Origin: Candidatus Shapirobacteria bacterium
GTDB taxonomy: Bacteria > Patescibacteriota > Microgenomatia > UM-FILTER-40-11
Length of the DNA stretch: 64,000 nt
Direction of reading: 5' to 3'
Assembly (NCBI GenBank): GCA_020059745.1
Contig: JAGVBK010000004.1
Span: 306,511-370,510 of the forward strand
In this document: piece after piece, positions 27,871-35,913 of the stretch
Position numbering within the stretch: the stretch's first letter is position 1
Layout of the letters: each line of letters starts with the position of its first letter
Notes under the pieces: generated by a model
Told to the model about the DNA's origin: nothing
Databases searched by the model: none
Seen by the model: only the letters and a program-made list of their open reading frames with translations
Position numbers and translations under genes: made by a program

Positions 27871-28215
27871 AGCATTGTTAGATACGTCAAACTACATTAA
27901 CTAGTTTCTTTTTTGTACTGTCCCAAATGTCTCATTTAGCCTTGAATGTGATACACTAGTGATAGTTGCTTATGGGACTAAATGGTACTAGACCCGTATG
28001 CTCAGCCAAGACGAGCAATCACCTTAAATACTAATTATTATTCAGGTTTTGGCTGAGTTAAGTTGTTGACAACAAGGTAAAAATTGTTGTTTAATCTAAC
28101 TAGCTCTATAGCGAAAGTTGTAGGGTTAGGGGGTTTCTAGCAATAGATTCTCTCGTGAGGAGAGGCTTCAGCAATGGAGTCTCTTTTCTTTTTAGAGACC
28201 AGAGCATGCTTATTC

Positions 28216-30033
28216 TTAATCTTTAATTCCTCTGGCGATTTTTTTTGCTAAGGCTTCGTCTAAAATTTTCTTTCTTATCCTTATATTTTGAGGGGTGACT
28301 TCAACCAGCTCGTCATCATTAATATATTCAAGAGAATCCTCCAGACTCATGGTTCTTGGAGCATCAAAGTGTTCAGTTTGCCCTTTAACTCTTGCTCTTT
28401 GGTTGGAAGCTCTTTTTTCCTTACAGGCATTGACCTGAATGTCTCCAGGCCGAGAGCTTTGGCCAATGACCTGGCCTTTGTAAACATAAACAGAGGGACC
28501 GTAGAAAAGCTCGCCTCTTTCTTGAAGACCGGAAATAGCATACATTAAAGTATTGCCTGATTCACAGTTAACTAAAGAGCCGTTTTCCCTGCCGTTAAAA
28601 ACACCTTTTTCAGGAGCAAACTCATAAAAGCTGGTGTTAATAACTCCTAAGCCCCGGCTGTCGGTTAAAAACTGGCTGCGAAAGCCAAAAAGCCCTTTAG
28701 TAGGGACAATAAATTCCAAATATGCAGTTTGGTCAATGATTTCCATTTTCTGCATTTCACCATACCTGCTTCCCAGCTGTTGGATTATTGTACCAGCTAA
28801 ATCTTCTGGCACTTCAATAAAAACATTTTCATAAGGAACTAAAGTTTTTCCGTCAACAACCTTTGTAATAACCTGGGGCCTAGATACTTCCAGTTCATAG
28901 CCTTCCCGTCTTAACCTCTCAATTAAGATGGCCAGATGAAGCTCTCCCCGGCCGGATAAGGTCCAGCCGCCATTAGGATTATCTTCAACTTTCAAGGCCA
29001 CATCAGTTTCCAACTCTTTATAAAGCCTTTCACCCAGCTTTCTTGAGGTTGTAAACTGGCCTTCTTTTCCTGCCAACGGCGAAGTATTAACATTAAAAGT
29101 CATTTTTACGGTTGGCTCTTCGACACTAAGAAGGGGGAGGGCAACCGGATTTTCCGGATCGGCAAGTGTTTCACCAATGGTTATTTCCGGAATTCCGGCA
29201 ATAGCGACAATATCTCCGCTTGAAATCTCTTCCCTGGTTTCAACTCTGTTTAATCCCTCAAAGGTCATAACACTGGAAAGGACGCAATTTCGCTTTTCGC
29301 CGAGTCTGTTTATATAGGCAATAGTTTGGCCTTGTTTTAAAACTCCGTTATAAACCCTGCCTACGGCAATCCTGCCTTTGTAGCTGTCGCCGGTAATGGT
29401 AGTAACTAACATTTGCAGCGGTAAGTTTTTGTCTCCGGTTGGTGCGGGAATATGGTTTATGATTGCATCAAAAACGGGAGTAATGTCAGCCATATCCTCA
29501 ATTTGGGGATCTTTTCCTGCTTTGCCTAATTTTGCCGAGGCATACAAAACCGGGTAATCAATGATTTCGTCGTCAGCGCCTAAATCGATGAACAAATCAA
29601 AAACCTTGTTAAGCACCTCGTTAATTTTTTTATCGGGAATGTCAACCTTATTAATCACCACGACTATTTTTAGCTTTAATTCCAATGCTTTTTTTAAGAC
29701 AAATCTGGTTTGGGGCATTGGCCCGTCCTTGGCATCAACTAAAAGCAAGCAGCCATCCGCCATCCGTAATACCCTCTCAACCTCGCCGCCGAAGTCAGCA
29801 TGTCCCGGAGTGTCAATGATGTTTATTTTAGTTCCTTGATAGACAACAGAAGCATTTTTGGAAAAAATAGTAATTCCTCTTTCTTTTTCCAGGTCGTTAC
29901 TGTCCATAATGCAAGTACTCTCCGCCACTTCTTTTGAGAGTTCTGTTTTTGATTGGCGCAGCAAGGCATCAACCAGGGTTGTTTTGCCATGGTCAACGTG
30001 CGCAATAATGGCGACATTTCTTAGATTGTTCAT
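28216..30033 (-). CDS. typA: Translational GTPase TypA/BipA
   Basis: G1 AHVDHGKTT, G3 DTPGH, G4 NKVD. 605 aa with the characteristic C-terminal TypA domain. Confidence 0.9.
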   Translation of the reverse strand: MNNLRNVAIIAHVDHGKTTLVDALLRQSKTELSKEVAESTCIMDSNDLEKERGITIFSKNASVVYQGTKINIIDTPGHADFGGEVERVLRMADGCLLLVDAKDGPMPQTRFVLKKALELKLKIVVVINKVDIPDKKINEVLNKVFDLFIDLGADDEIIDYPVLYASAKLGKAGKDPQIEDMADITPVFDAIINHIPAPTGDKNLPLQMLVTTITGDSYKGRIAVGRVYNGVLKQGQTIAYINRLGEKRNCVLSSVMTFEGLNRVETREEISSGDIVAIAGIPEITIGETLADPENPVALPLLSVEEPTVKMTFNVNTSPLAGKEGQFTTSRKLGERLYKELETDVALKVEDNPNGGWTLSGRGELHLAILIERLRREGYELEVSRPQVITKVVDGKTLVPYENVFIEVPEDLAGTIIQQLGSRYGEMQKMEIIDQTAYLEFIVPTKGLFGFRSQFLTDSRGLGVINTSFYEFAPEKGVFNGRENGSLVNCESGNTLMYAISGLQERGELFYGPSVYVYKGQVIGQSSRPGDIQVNACKEKRASNQRARVKGQTEHFDAPRTMSLEDSLEYINDDELVEVTPQNIRIRKKILDEALAKKIARGIKD

Positions 30034-30152
30034 AAGACCATAAAAAAACTGCGTGTTACCGCAGAATAATATTCCTCGGGAATATTTCTATTATACTATT
30101 TTTGCCAGGATTTTGCCATATTGACCAAAAAACAAAAATATCCCATAGTCAT

Positions 30153-30181
30153 TTGACAAACAGAATGCATGATGTTATAAT
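30153..30181 (+). promoter_or_regulatory. Sigma70-type promoter: TTGACA - 17 bp - extended -10 TGtTATAAT
   Basis: Perfect -35 at 30153-30158 and TGnTATAAT at 30173-30181, with the +1 ~180 nt upstream of the DEAD-box helicase ATG. The leader contains a 7-bp hairpin (GCAGATT…AATCTGC). Confidence 0.5.
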
Positions 30182-30359
30182 CATTTTTGTATTTGCAGAT
30201 TGAAAGAATAAATCTGCTTAAATTTAGTTGAATTTTAAGTTTAATTGATAAAGATACCTCAAGTTTATAAACTTTTTTCTGTATCTTTTCTTCGTAACTT
30301 TATATCTTTCTTATTTAGGCAGTTTCATTCTTTTAAATCCGCAGTACTTCAGGAATACC

Positions 30360-31556
30360 ATGTATAGAAAGTTTGGACAAAGATCTCAAGGAAGGCAAAA
30401 TTTTAACCGTTTTAATGGGAATCAAAATCGTGGAGCAAGGCCGGTTAAGGCCTTTAACCCGATTGAGTTTATAAACAACATTCCCGAGGTAAAAAAAGAG
30501 GAAAAAGAACAAGAGAATATTATTACTCATTCATTTTCGGATTTCCAAATTGCTCCGGAACTTAAAAGGAATATTTTAGAAAAGGGGTACACAAAACCAA
30601 CCCCAATTCAAGACAGGGCAATTGAGCCTATTTTGGAAGGCAAGGATTTGGTGGGAATAGCCAATACCGGAACCGGAAAAACCGCCGCATTTCTAATTCC
30701 TCTTATAAACAAGGTGTTAAAAGACAGAAGACAGAAAGTGTTAATCCTTACTCCGACGCGCGAATTGGCAACACAGATTAAAAGTGAATTTTTAGACTTT
30801 TCCAGATTTTTAAATATTTTTGCCTGTCTTTGTATTGGTGGCGAAGATATCAGAAGACAGATCCGGGATTTGTCAAGAAATCCTAATTTTATTGTGGCGA
30901 CGCCGGGCAGAGTTCAGGATTTAATTGGCTCAAGGGCAATCAATCTTAGTAGCTTTTCTTCGGTTGTTTTAGACGAAGCAGACAGAATGGTTGATATCGG
31001 GTTTATTAAAGACATTAAATACATTGTTTCTCTTTTACCCAAAACTCGCCAGTCACTTTTCTTTTCGGCAACAATAGATAACGAAGTTCAGCAGATTTTA
31101 CAAAGCTTTGTTCAAGATCCTGTTACTGTTTCTGTTAAAACAAGGGACACTTCCCAAAATATTACTCAAAAGGTAATTCTGGTTGAAAAAACTAAAAAAG
31201 TTGAAGTTCTCCATGATTTACTGATTAAGGAAGATTTTGTAAAGGTCCTTGTTTTTGGAAGAACAAAACATGGTGTGCAAAGGCTTTCAGACGAACTTGC
31301 GGCAAGAGGTTTTAAAGCAGGAGCAATACACGGGGACAAAAGGCAAAGCCAAAGAAATAGAACCTTGGAACTTTTTAAGAAGGATGAAATAAACATTTTG
31401 ATTGCGACCGATGTGGCCTCAAGAGGGCTTGATATTCCCAATGTCAGTCATGTAATCAATTTTGATTTGCCTGAATCAAGGGACGCATACATTCACAGGA
31501 TCGGAAGAACCGGCAGAGCTGACAAAAAGGGAATTGCTTTAACTTTTGTTAATTAA
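30360..31556 (+). CDS. DEAD-box ATP-dependent RNA helicase
   Basis: Q-motif (FSDFQIAPEL…PTPIQ), Walker A (TGTGKT), DEAD, SAT and HRIGRTGR motifs. R/G/N-rich N-terminal tail. Confidence 0.85.
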   Translation: MYRKFGQRSQGRQNFNRFNGNQNRGARPVKAFNPIEFINNIPEVKKEEKEQENIITHSFSDFQIAPELKRNILEKGYTKPTPIQDRAIEPILEGKDLVGIANTGTGKTAAFLIPLINKVLKDRRQKVLILTPTRELATQIKSEFLDFSRFLNIFACLCIGGEDIRRQIRDLSRNPNFIVATPGRVQDLIGSRAINLSSFSSVVLDEADRMVDIGFIKDIKYIVSLLPKTRQSLFFSATIDNEVQQILQSFVQDPVTVSVKTRDTSQNITQKVILVEKTKKVEVLHDLLIKEDFVKVLVFGRTKHGVQRLSDELAARGFKAGAIHGDKRQSQRNRTLELFKKDEINILIATDVASRGLDIPNVSHVINFDLPESRDAYIHRIGRTGRADKKGIALTFVN

Positions 31557-31558
31557 AT

Positions 31559-31861
31559 TTATCTTGATCTTCTGTCTGATCGTCCCTGTCCTCGGCCTGA
31601 TTCCCTTTCTTCCCTCGGCCTGGCGATGTTTACAGTAATTTTCCTATTGTCAATTTCTTTTCCGTTAAACATTTGAATTGCTTTTTGGGCTTCCTCGGTG
31701 CTGCTCATTTCCACAAATCCAAAACCTTTGCTCCGGCCGGAAAACTTGTCGGAAATAATATTGACACTCACGACATTCCCTGCTTGGGAAAACATATCTC
31801 TTAATTGCGCATCGGAATAGTCATAAGGCAACCCGCCGACATAAAGCCTATTTTCTTCCAT
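31559..31861 (-). CDS. RNA-binding protein with RRM domain
   Basis: RNP-2 (LYVGGL) and RNP-1 (KGFGFVEM), with a C-terminal RG-rich tail. 100 aa. Confidence 0.75.
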   Translation of the reverse strand: MEENRLYVGGLPYDYSDAQLRDMFSQAGNVVSVNIISDKFSGRSKGFGFVEMSSTEEAQKAIQMFNGKEIDNRKITVNIARPREERESGRGQGRSDRRSR

Positions 31862-32025
31862 TAAAAATCACATCCTAACTAAACTTATATTTCTATATCC
31901 TACCCCAAAATTGTAATAACAATATGAAGTTTTAACATAGAAAGAGTAAGAATCGAAAGGGTTTGGTGCTGTTTTAATTACCTGATTTTAATTTTTCTTT
32001 TAAAAAGTTTATTAATAATCTCTTT

Positions 32026-32784
32026 ATGAAAAAATTGCCGGTGATTATTTTTCTTTTGGGGATTTTTGTTGTTATTCTAATTTATTTTGAGGCAAACCCG
32101 TTTTTAAAGAAGGAGCTTTCAGGGGAGAAAGAATTCTCAGCAAATGAAAAAGACTTGCTTTTGCCGGATATTGTTGTGTCTTCTCCCGCCGAGCTTTACA
32201 TTGAACAAACAGGAGAGGAAAAGAAAATCCGTTTCAGTACCACTTTTTATAACCAGGGAGAAGGCAGGCTTGAACTTGTTGGCCGAAAGGATTCCCAACG
32301 CCAGGTTATTAACGCCTCGCAAAAAATAGTTGCTGCTGATGGTTCTACGATCGAAAGAGAGGTTGGGGAATTTGTTCTTCATCCGGAACACAGCCACTGG
32401 CATGTTGAAGATTATGTTGTTTTTGAGCTTTGGAGCCTTGAAGAGGATGGGCAAAAAGATAAGCTTCTTGCTAAAACCCGGAAAATGAGCTTTTGTATTT
32501 GGGACCAGGAAGCGTTTGATTTGTCTCTTGAAGGTTCTCCCCAAAGCCCTCGCTTTTTATCCTGCAACAGCGAAACGCAAGGCTTGTCTGTTGGCTGGTC
32601 TGATACCTATCTTGCTAATGTTGAGGGTCAGGAGCTTGACATTAGCCAAATTTCTGATGGTAAGTATAGAATAACAACCTTCGTAAACCCTGACCAAAAA
32701 ATATTTGAAAGCAATTATGATAACAACAAAATAGAACTTGAGGTTGAAATAGTAAAAGACAGAATCACTATTTTAAATAACTAA
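32026..32784 (+). CDS. Secreted lysyl-oxidase-like (LOX catalytic domain-like) protein
   Basis: Signal/TM anchor. His cluster HPEHSHWHVEDY aligns with the LOX copper site (WEWHSCHQHYH). The C-terminal VNPDQKIFESNYDNN aligns with LOX …VNPSYLVPESDYTNN. A conserved Cys-pair region MSFCIW…FLSC is also present. Confidence 0.5.
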   Translation: MKKLPVIIFLLGIFVVILIYFEANPFLKKELSGEKEFSANEKDLLLPDIVVSSPAELYIEQTGEEKKIRFSTTFYNQGEGRLELVGRKDSQRQVINASQKIVAADGSTIEREVGEFVLHPEHSHWHVEDYVVFELWSLEEDGQKDKLLAKTRKMSFCIWDQEAFDLSLEGSPQSPRFLSCNSETQGLSVGWSDTYLANVEGQELDISQISDGKYRITTFVNPDQKIFESNYDNNKIELEVEIVKDRITILNN

Positions 32785-33786
32785 TCTGTTTAAAAGGTAG
32801 CCCAATAAAAGTATTTGGGGGGTACCGACAAGAATTAAGGCCACCGCTGCTTTTTTCCCAATATTTGAGGCAATAATTCCAATTTCAGTAAAATCTGTGA
32901 CCACGCCTGCCTGAAGAAAAACAAAGGCATTTCCAAAAGCCCCAGTTCTTTGGAAAAGTTCAAAAGCCATTGGGGCCGAGCCTTCCGAGCAAACTTCAAT
33001 TATTGAAGCTACTATTAGTGTTGCCAGTAAACCTAAAATACTGGGACCAAAAAACTGGTGGAAAATATCTTCAGGTACATATGTCCCTAAAAAGGAGGCA
33101 ACCAAAAAACCGATAAGTATCCACCAGACAACCATTTTAGAAAGCATCCAGCTTTCAAGAACAACTCCCTTTACCGTGTTTTTCCACCCCGGCCAAACAA
33201 AATGAACTTTTTGCTTTTCAGAGACAGTATTATTTTTCCTTCCTTCAATAATTCCTTTTTGCTCAAGAACCTGAAAAATGAGTCCGGAGATAGTGGCGAT
33301 TATTATTGCCCCAAAAATAATAAAAAGGGCGTTTAATCCAAAAAGGGAAAAAAGAAGAACTGTCAGTGCAAAATTTGCCCAAGGCGCTGCCAACAAAAAA
33401 GCTAATGTTGCGGCTGACGAAGCCCCCTTTTTGTAAAGGGAAACAGCGATGGCAAGAATGCCGTGCGAACAAGCAGAAGCTAAGAATCCTAAAAGAACGG
33501 CGATAAAAATGCTTTTTTTACCTCTTGATAAGAGATTGACCATCAGCTGTTCGGGAATTAAAATATCAACAAGTCCTCCAATTAAAAGCCCCAGGAGTAT
33601 TGCCCACCAGGTAAGGCTAAGATAGCCCAGAAATCTTGCAAAAACCGGGGTTAAGATTCCGATTCCAAAATACAAAAGAACAAAGTGGAAACCGACAAGT
33701 CCGGCTATCACCGTTAACACTAAAAATAGCGGTTCTTTATACCAAGGCTTTTTTTCATGATTGCAGCAGGAGGCGGTGTTTTCCAT
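32773..33786 (-). CDS. Predicted permease (DUF318/UPF0718-like polytopic membrane protein)
   Basis: 337 aa, ~8 TM helices. N-terminal SCCNHE motif. Lies in an operon with a CsoR-like regulator. Confidence 0.45.
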   Translation of the reverse strand: MENTASCCNHEKKPWYKEPLFLVLTVIAGLVGFHFVLLYFGIGILTPVFARFLGYLSLTWWAILLGLLIGGLVDILIPEQLMVNLLSRGKKSIFIAVLLGFLASACSHGILAIAVSLYKKGASSAATLAFLLAAPWANFALTVLLFSLFGLNALFIIFGAIIIATISGLIFQVLEQKGIIEGRKNNTVSEKQKVHFVWPGWKNTVKGVVLESWMLSKMVVWWILIGFLVASFLGTYVPEDIFHQFFGPSILGLLATLIVASIIEVCSEGSAPMAFELFQRTGAFGNAFVFLQAGVVTDFTEIGIIASNIGKKAAVALILVGTPQILLLGYLLNRLVI

Positions 33787-34412
33787 TAGACGGGCTTTGC
33801 TTTAAAGGTACTAAAAATTTGCAGGTTTAAGATTTCTTCCAGGGTGACTATTTCAGGATTAAAGGTAATGTTAAACCGGTTTGGCAGGGAAAATTTAATG
33901 CTTTCAATACCTTCAATTTTTTGAAGCTCCTCGCCAACAAGAGGAGCATGCCCGGAGCAGGGAATGTCAACGCTTATAGCAGCTGAAGAAAGGCTTTGCC
34001 CGGAAACATTTTTTGAATTATTGGTTAGCCTAAAGTTAGTCATCAGGGGAAAAATTACTAAAAAGAAGAGAAGATTTACTCCTATCATGCTTGAATAAAG
34101 AACAGATAAATATTTTTTCTTTTTTTTAATTCCTTCAAAGGAGAGCAGGTTTTGCCTTTTTAAATACAAAAAAGAGGAGAGAGAAGCAAAAAATAAAGAT
34201 AAAAAAATCAGCAAGGGGAAGAAATAAGAGTTAAGCATCCAGTTTCTTAAAAGGGAAGTGGCAGAGGTTGCACCAACAACAGAAAGTATTATGAAAGCAA
34301 GGCAAAAACCGTGTGGTAAAAGGCCGTATAAAAACCCCTTTTTAAAAGTGTCTGTCTCTGTGTTTCCACCAACATGGCAACAACTTTTATTTTCCATTTT
34401 CTTTTTCACCAA
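33786..34412 (-). CDS. Membrane protein with N-terminal CC-H motif and a C-terminal HMA-like region
   Basis: 208 aa. SCCHVGG at the N-terminus, 4-5 TM helices, and a C-terminal ~70 aa (…IPCSGHAP…) reminiscent of a metal-binding ferredoxin-like fold. Confidence 0.35.
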   Translation of the reverse strand: MVKKKMENKSCCHVGGNTETDTFKKGFLYGLLPHGFCLAFIILSVVGATSATSLLRNWMLNSYFFPLLIFLSLFFASLSSFLYLKRQNLLSFEGIKKKKKYLSVLYSSMIGVNLLFFLVIFPLMTNFRLTNNSKNVSGQSLSSAAISVDIPCSGHAPLVGEELQKIEGIESIKFSLPNRFNITFNPEIVTLEEILNLQIFSTFKAKPV

Positions 34413-34668
34413 AAACTTGGATTAATTCATTAAGAACTTTGACTCTTTGTTTTTCGTCTTTACCCCTAACGGCAGTGGTAACACAGGTATCAAGATGGTT
34501 TTGCAAGATAAGCTCGTTTACTTTTTTTAAAGCGGCGATAACTGCCTGATTTTGGCGGATAACATCAATGCAATAGCTATTTTGTTCGATCATTCTTATG
34601 TTTCCCTTAAGATGACCGAGAAGATAGTTCATTCTTTTTATAATTTGTTTGTCTTTTGTTTCCGTCAT
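34387..34668 (-). CDS. CsoR/RcnR/FrmR-family metal-sensing transcriptional repressor
   Basis: 93 aa. Conserved C-H-C pattern (…YCIDV…H…C…) of the DUF156/CsoR family. Confidence 0.65.
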   Translation of the reverse strand: MTETKDKQIIKRMNYLLGHLKGNIRMIEQNSYCIDVIRQNQAVIAALKKVNELILQNHLDTCVTTAVRGKDEKQRVKVLNELIQVFGEKENGK

Positions 34669-34748
34669 TTAATTTAAAATACCCTCCCCTGGGGGGTTTG
34701 TCAAGTATTTACTTTTTTTAATCTTAATGATCCTGTAAAATTGTAACA

Positions 34749-35849
34749 ATGAAGAAATCATTTGTTTTTCTCTTTTCTCTTTTTCTTCTTAATTTTTTTC
34801 CCCAAGCTGTTTTAGGTCAGGAAGTTGCTAGGGAAGAAATACTTGAAGCCGAAGTTTTAAGTGTTTTAGAAAAAGGAAAAATTGAAATTGCGGGCAGCAT
34901 GCAAGAGTATCAAAAGCTTGAGCTTTTGGTTACAAAAGGCAGCCTTAAAGATCAGAAAATTATTGTGGAAAACGGCACGCTTCCCACTACCAGCCAAATG
35001 GTTCTTAAAAAAGGAGATAAAGTAATGCTAGTTGAAGGTGAAGATTTCGAGGGTAACCGGTTTTATCAAATAACAGATTATGTGAGAAGAGACTCTCTTT
35101 TGCTTCTCTTTTGCTTATTTTTGGTTTTGGTAGTGTCAATTGCCGGCATAAGGGGTTTTATGTCTGTTTTAGGTATGGGATTTTCTTTTTTAGTAATTTT
35201 TTTGTTTGTCCTGCCCCGGATTTCTTCAGGCGCTAACCCGGTCATGATTGCAATTTTGGGTTCATTTTTTATTGTTCCTGCCACCTTTTTTTTATCGCAC
35301 GGTTTTAACAAAAAAACAGTAGTGGCAATTGCAGGAACCGTGGTTGCTTTAATGTTCACCGGCTTGCTTGCCGGTTTTTTTGTTGATAATGCCAGGTTAA
35401 CCGGGTTTTCTTCCGAAGAGGCAGGTTTTTTACAGTTTCACCACAACGGGATTATAAATATTAAAGGGCTGCTTCTTGCCGGAATTATTATTGGTGTTCT
35501 TGGCGTTTTGGATGATATTACCATTTCCCAATCGGCGGTTGTGTTCCAGCTTAAAGATTCAAACCCCAAGATTAAAAAAGGAGAACTTTACAAAAGAGCG
35601 ATGTCAGTAGGCAAAGACCATATTTCCTCAATGGTTAATACTTTGGTTTTGGTTTACACCGGTGCGGCCTTGCCTCTTCTTCTCCTTTTTATAAATAATC
35701 CCCGGCCTTTTTCCGAGGTAATAAATTACGAAATTATTGCTGACGAAATAGTGAGAACCCTTGTGGGCAGTGTTGGTTTGATTTTAGCAGTTCCGGTAAC
35801 AACCTTTTTTGCTGTTTTTGCCGCTAAATCTTTTAAAGAAAAAGACTAA
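34749..35849 (+). CDS. YibE/F-family membrane protein
   Basis: Signal peptide, an extracytoplasmic N-terminal domain, then a multi-TM C-terminal region with the YibE/F arrangement. Confidence 0.5.
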   Translation: MKKSFVFLFSLFLLNFFPQAVLGQEVAREEILEAEVLSVLEKGKIEIAGSMQEYQKLELLVTKGSLKDQKIIVENGTLPTTSQMVLKKGDKVMLVEGEDFEGNRFYQITDYVRRDSLLLLFCLFLVLVVSIAGIRGFMSVLGMGFSFLVIFLFVLPRISSGANPVMIAILGSFFIVPATFFLSHGFNKKTVVAIAGTVVALMFTGLLAGFFVDNARLTGFSSEEAGFLQFHHNGIINIKGLLLAGIIIGVLGVLDDITISQSAVVFQLKDSNPKIKKGELYKRAMSVGKDHISSMVNTLVLVYTGAALPLLLLFINNPRPFSEVINYEIIADEIVRTLVGSVGLILAVPVTTFFAVFAAKSFKEKD

Positions 35850-35913
35850 ATTTTGTTGTTTGTTATCTTTCTTTTCGGTTATACTTAAAGGGCCTTTGGC
35901 TATGCTTTAAAAG

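Noticed and set aside
27871-28215. Possible tmRNA / RNase P RNA / SRP RNA in the 345-bp intergenic segment
   Set aside because: No tRNA-like T-arm with terminal CCA. No tmRNA resume-codon/tag context, no RNase P GGAAAGUCCGG-type motifs, and no SRP domain IV motif recognisable by eye. Kept only as an unexplained structured region.
11621-28215. Integrase, transposase or prophage structural genes in the accessory island
   Set aside because: None of the island ORFs shows tyrosine/serine recombinase or DDE motifs, and no direct repeat of the tRNA-Gln 3' end was found. The island cannot be called a mobile element from sequence alone.
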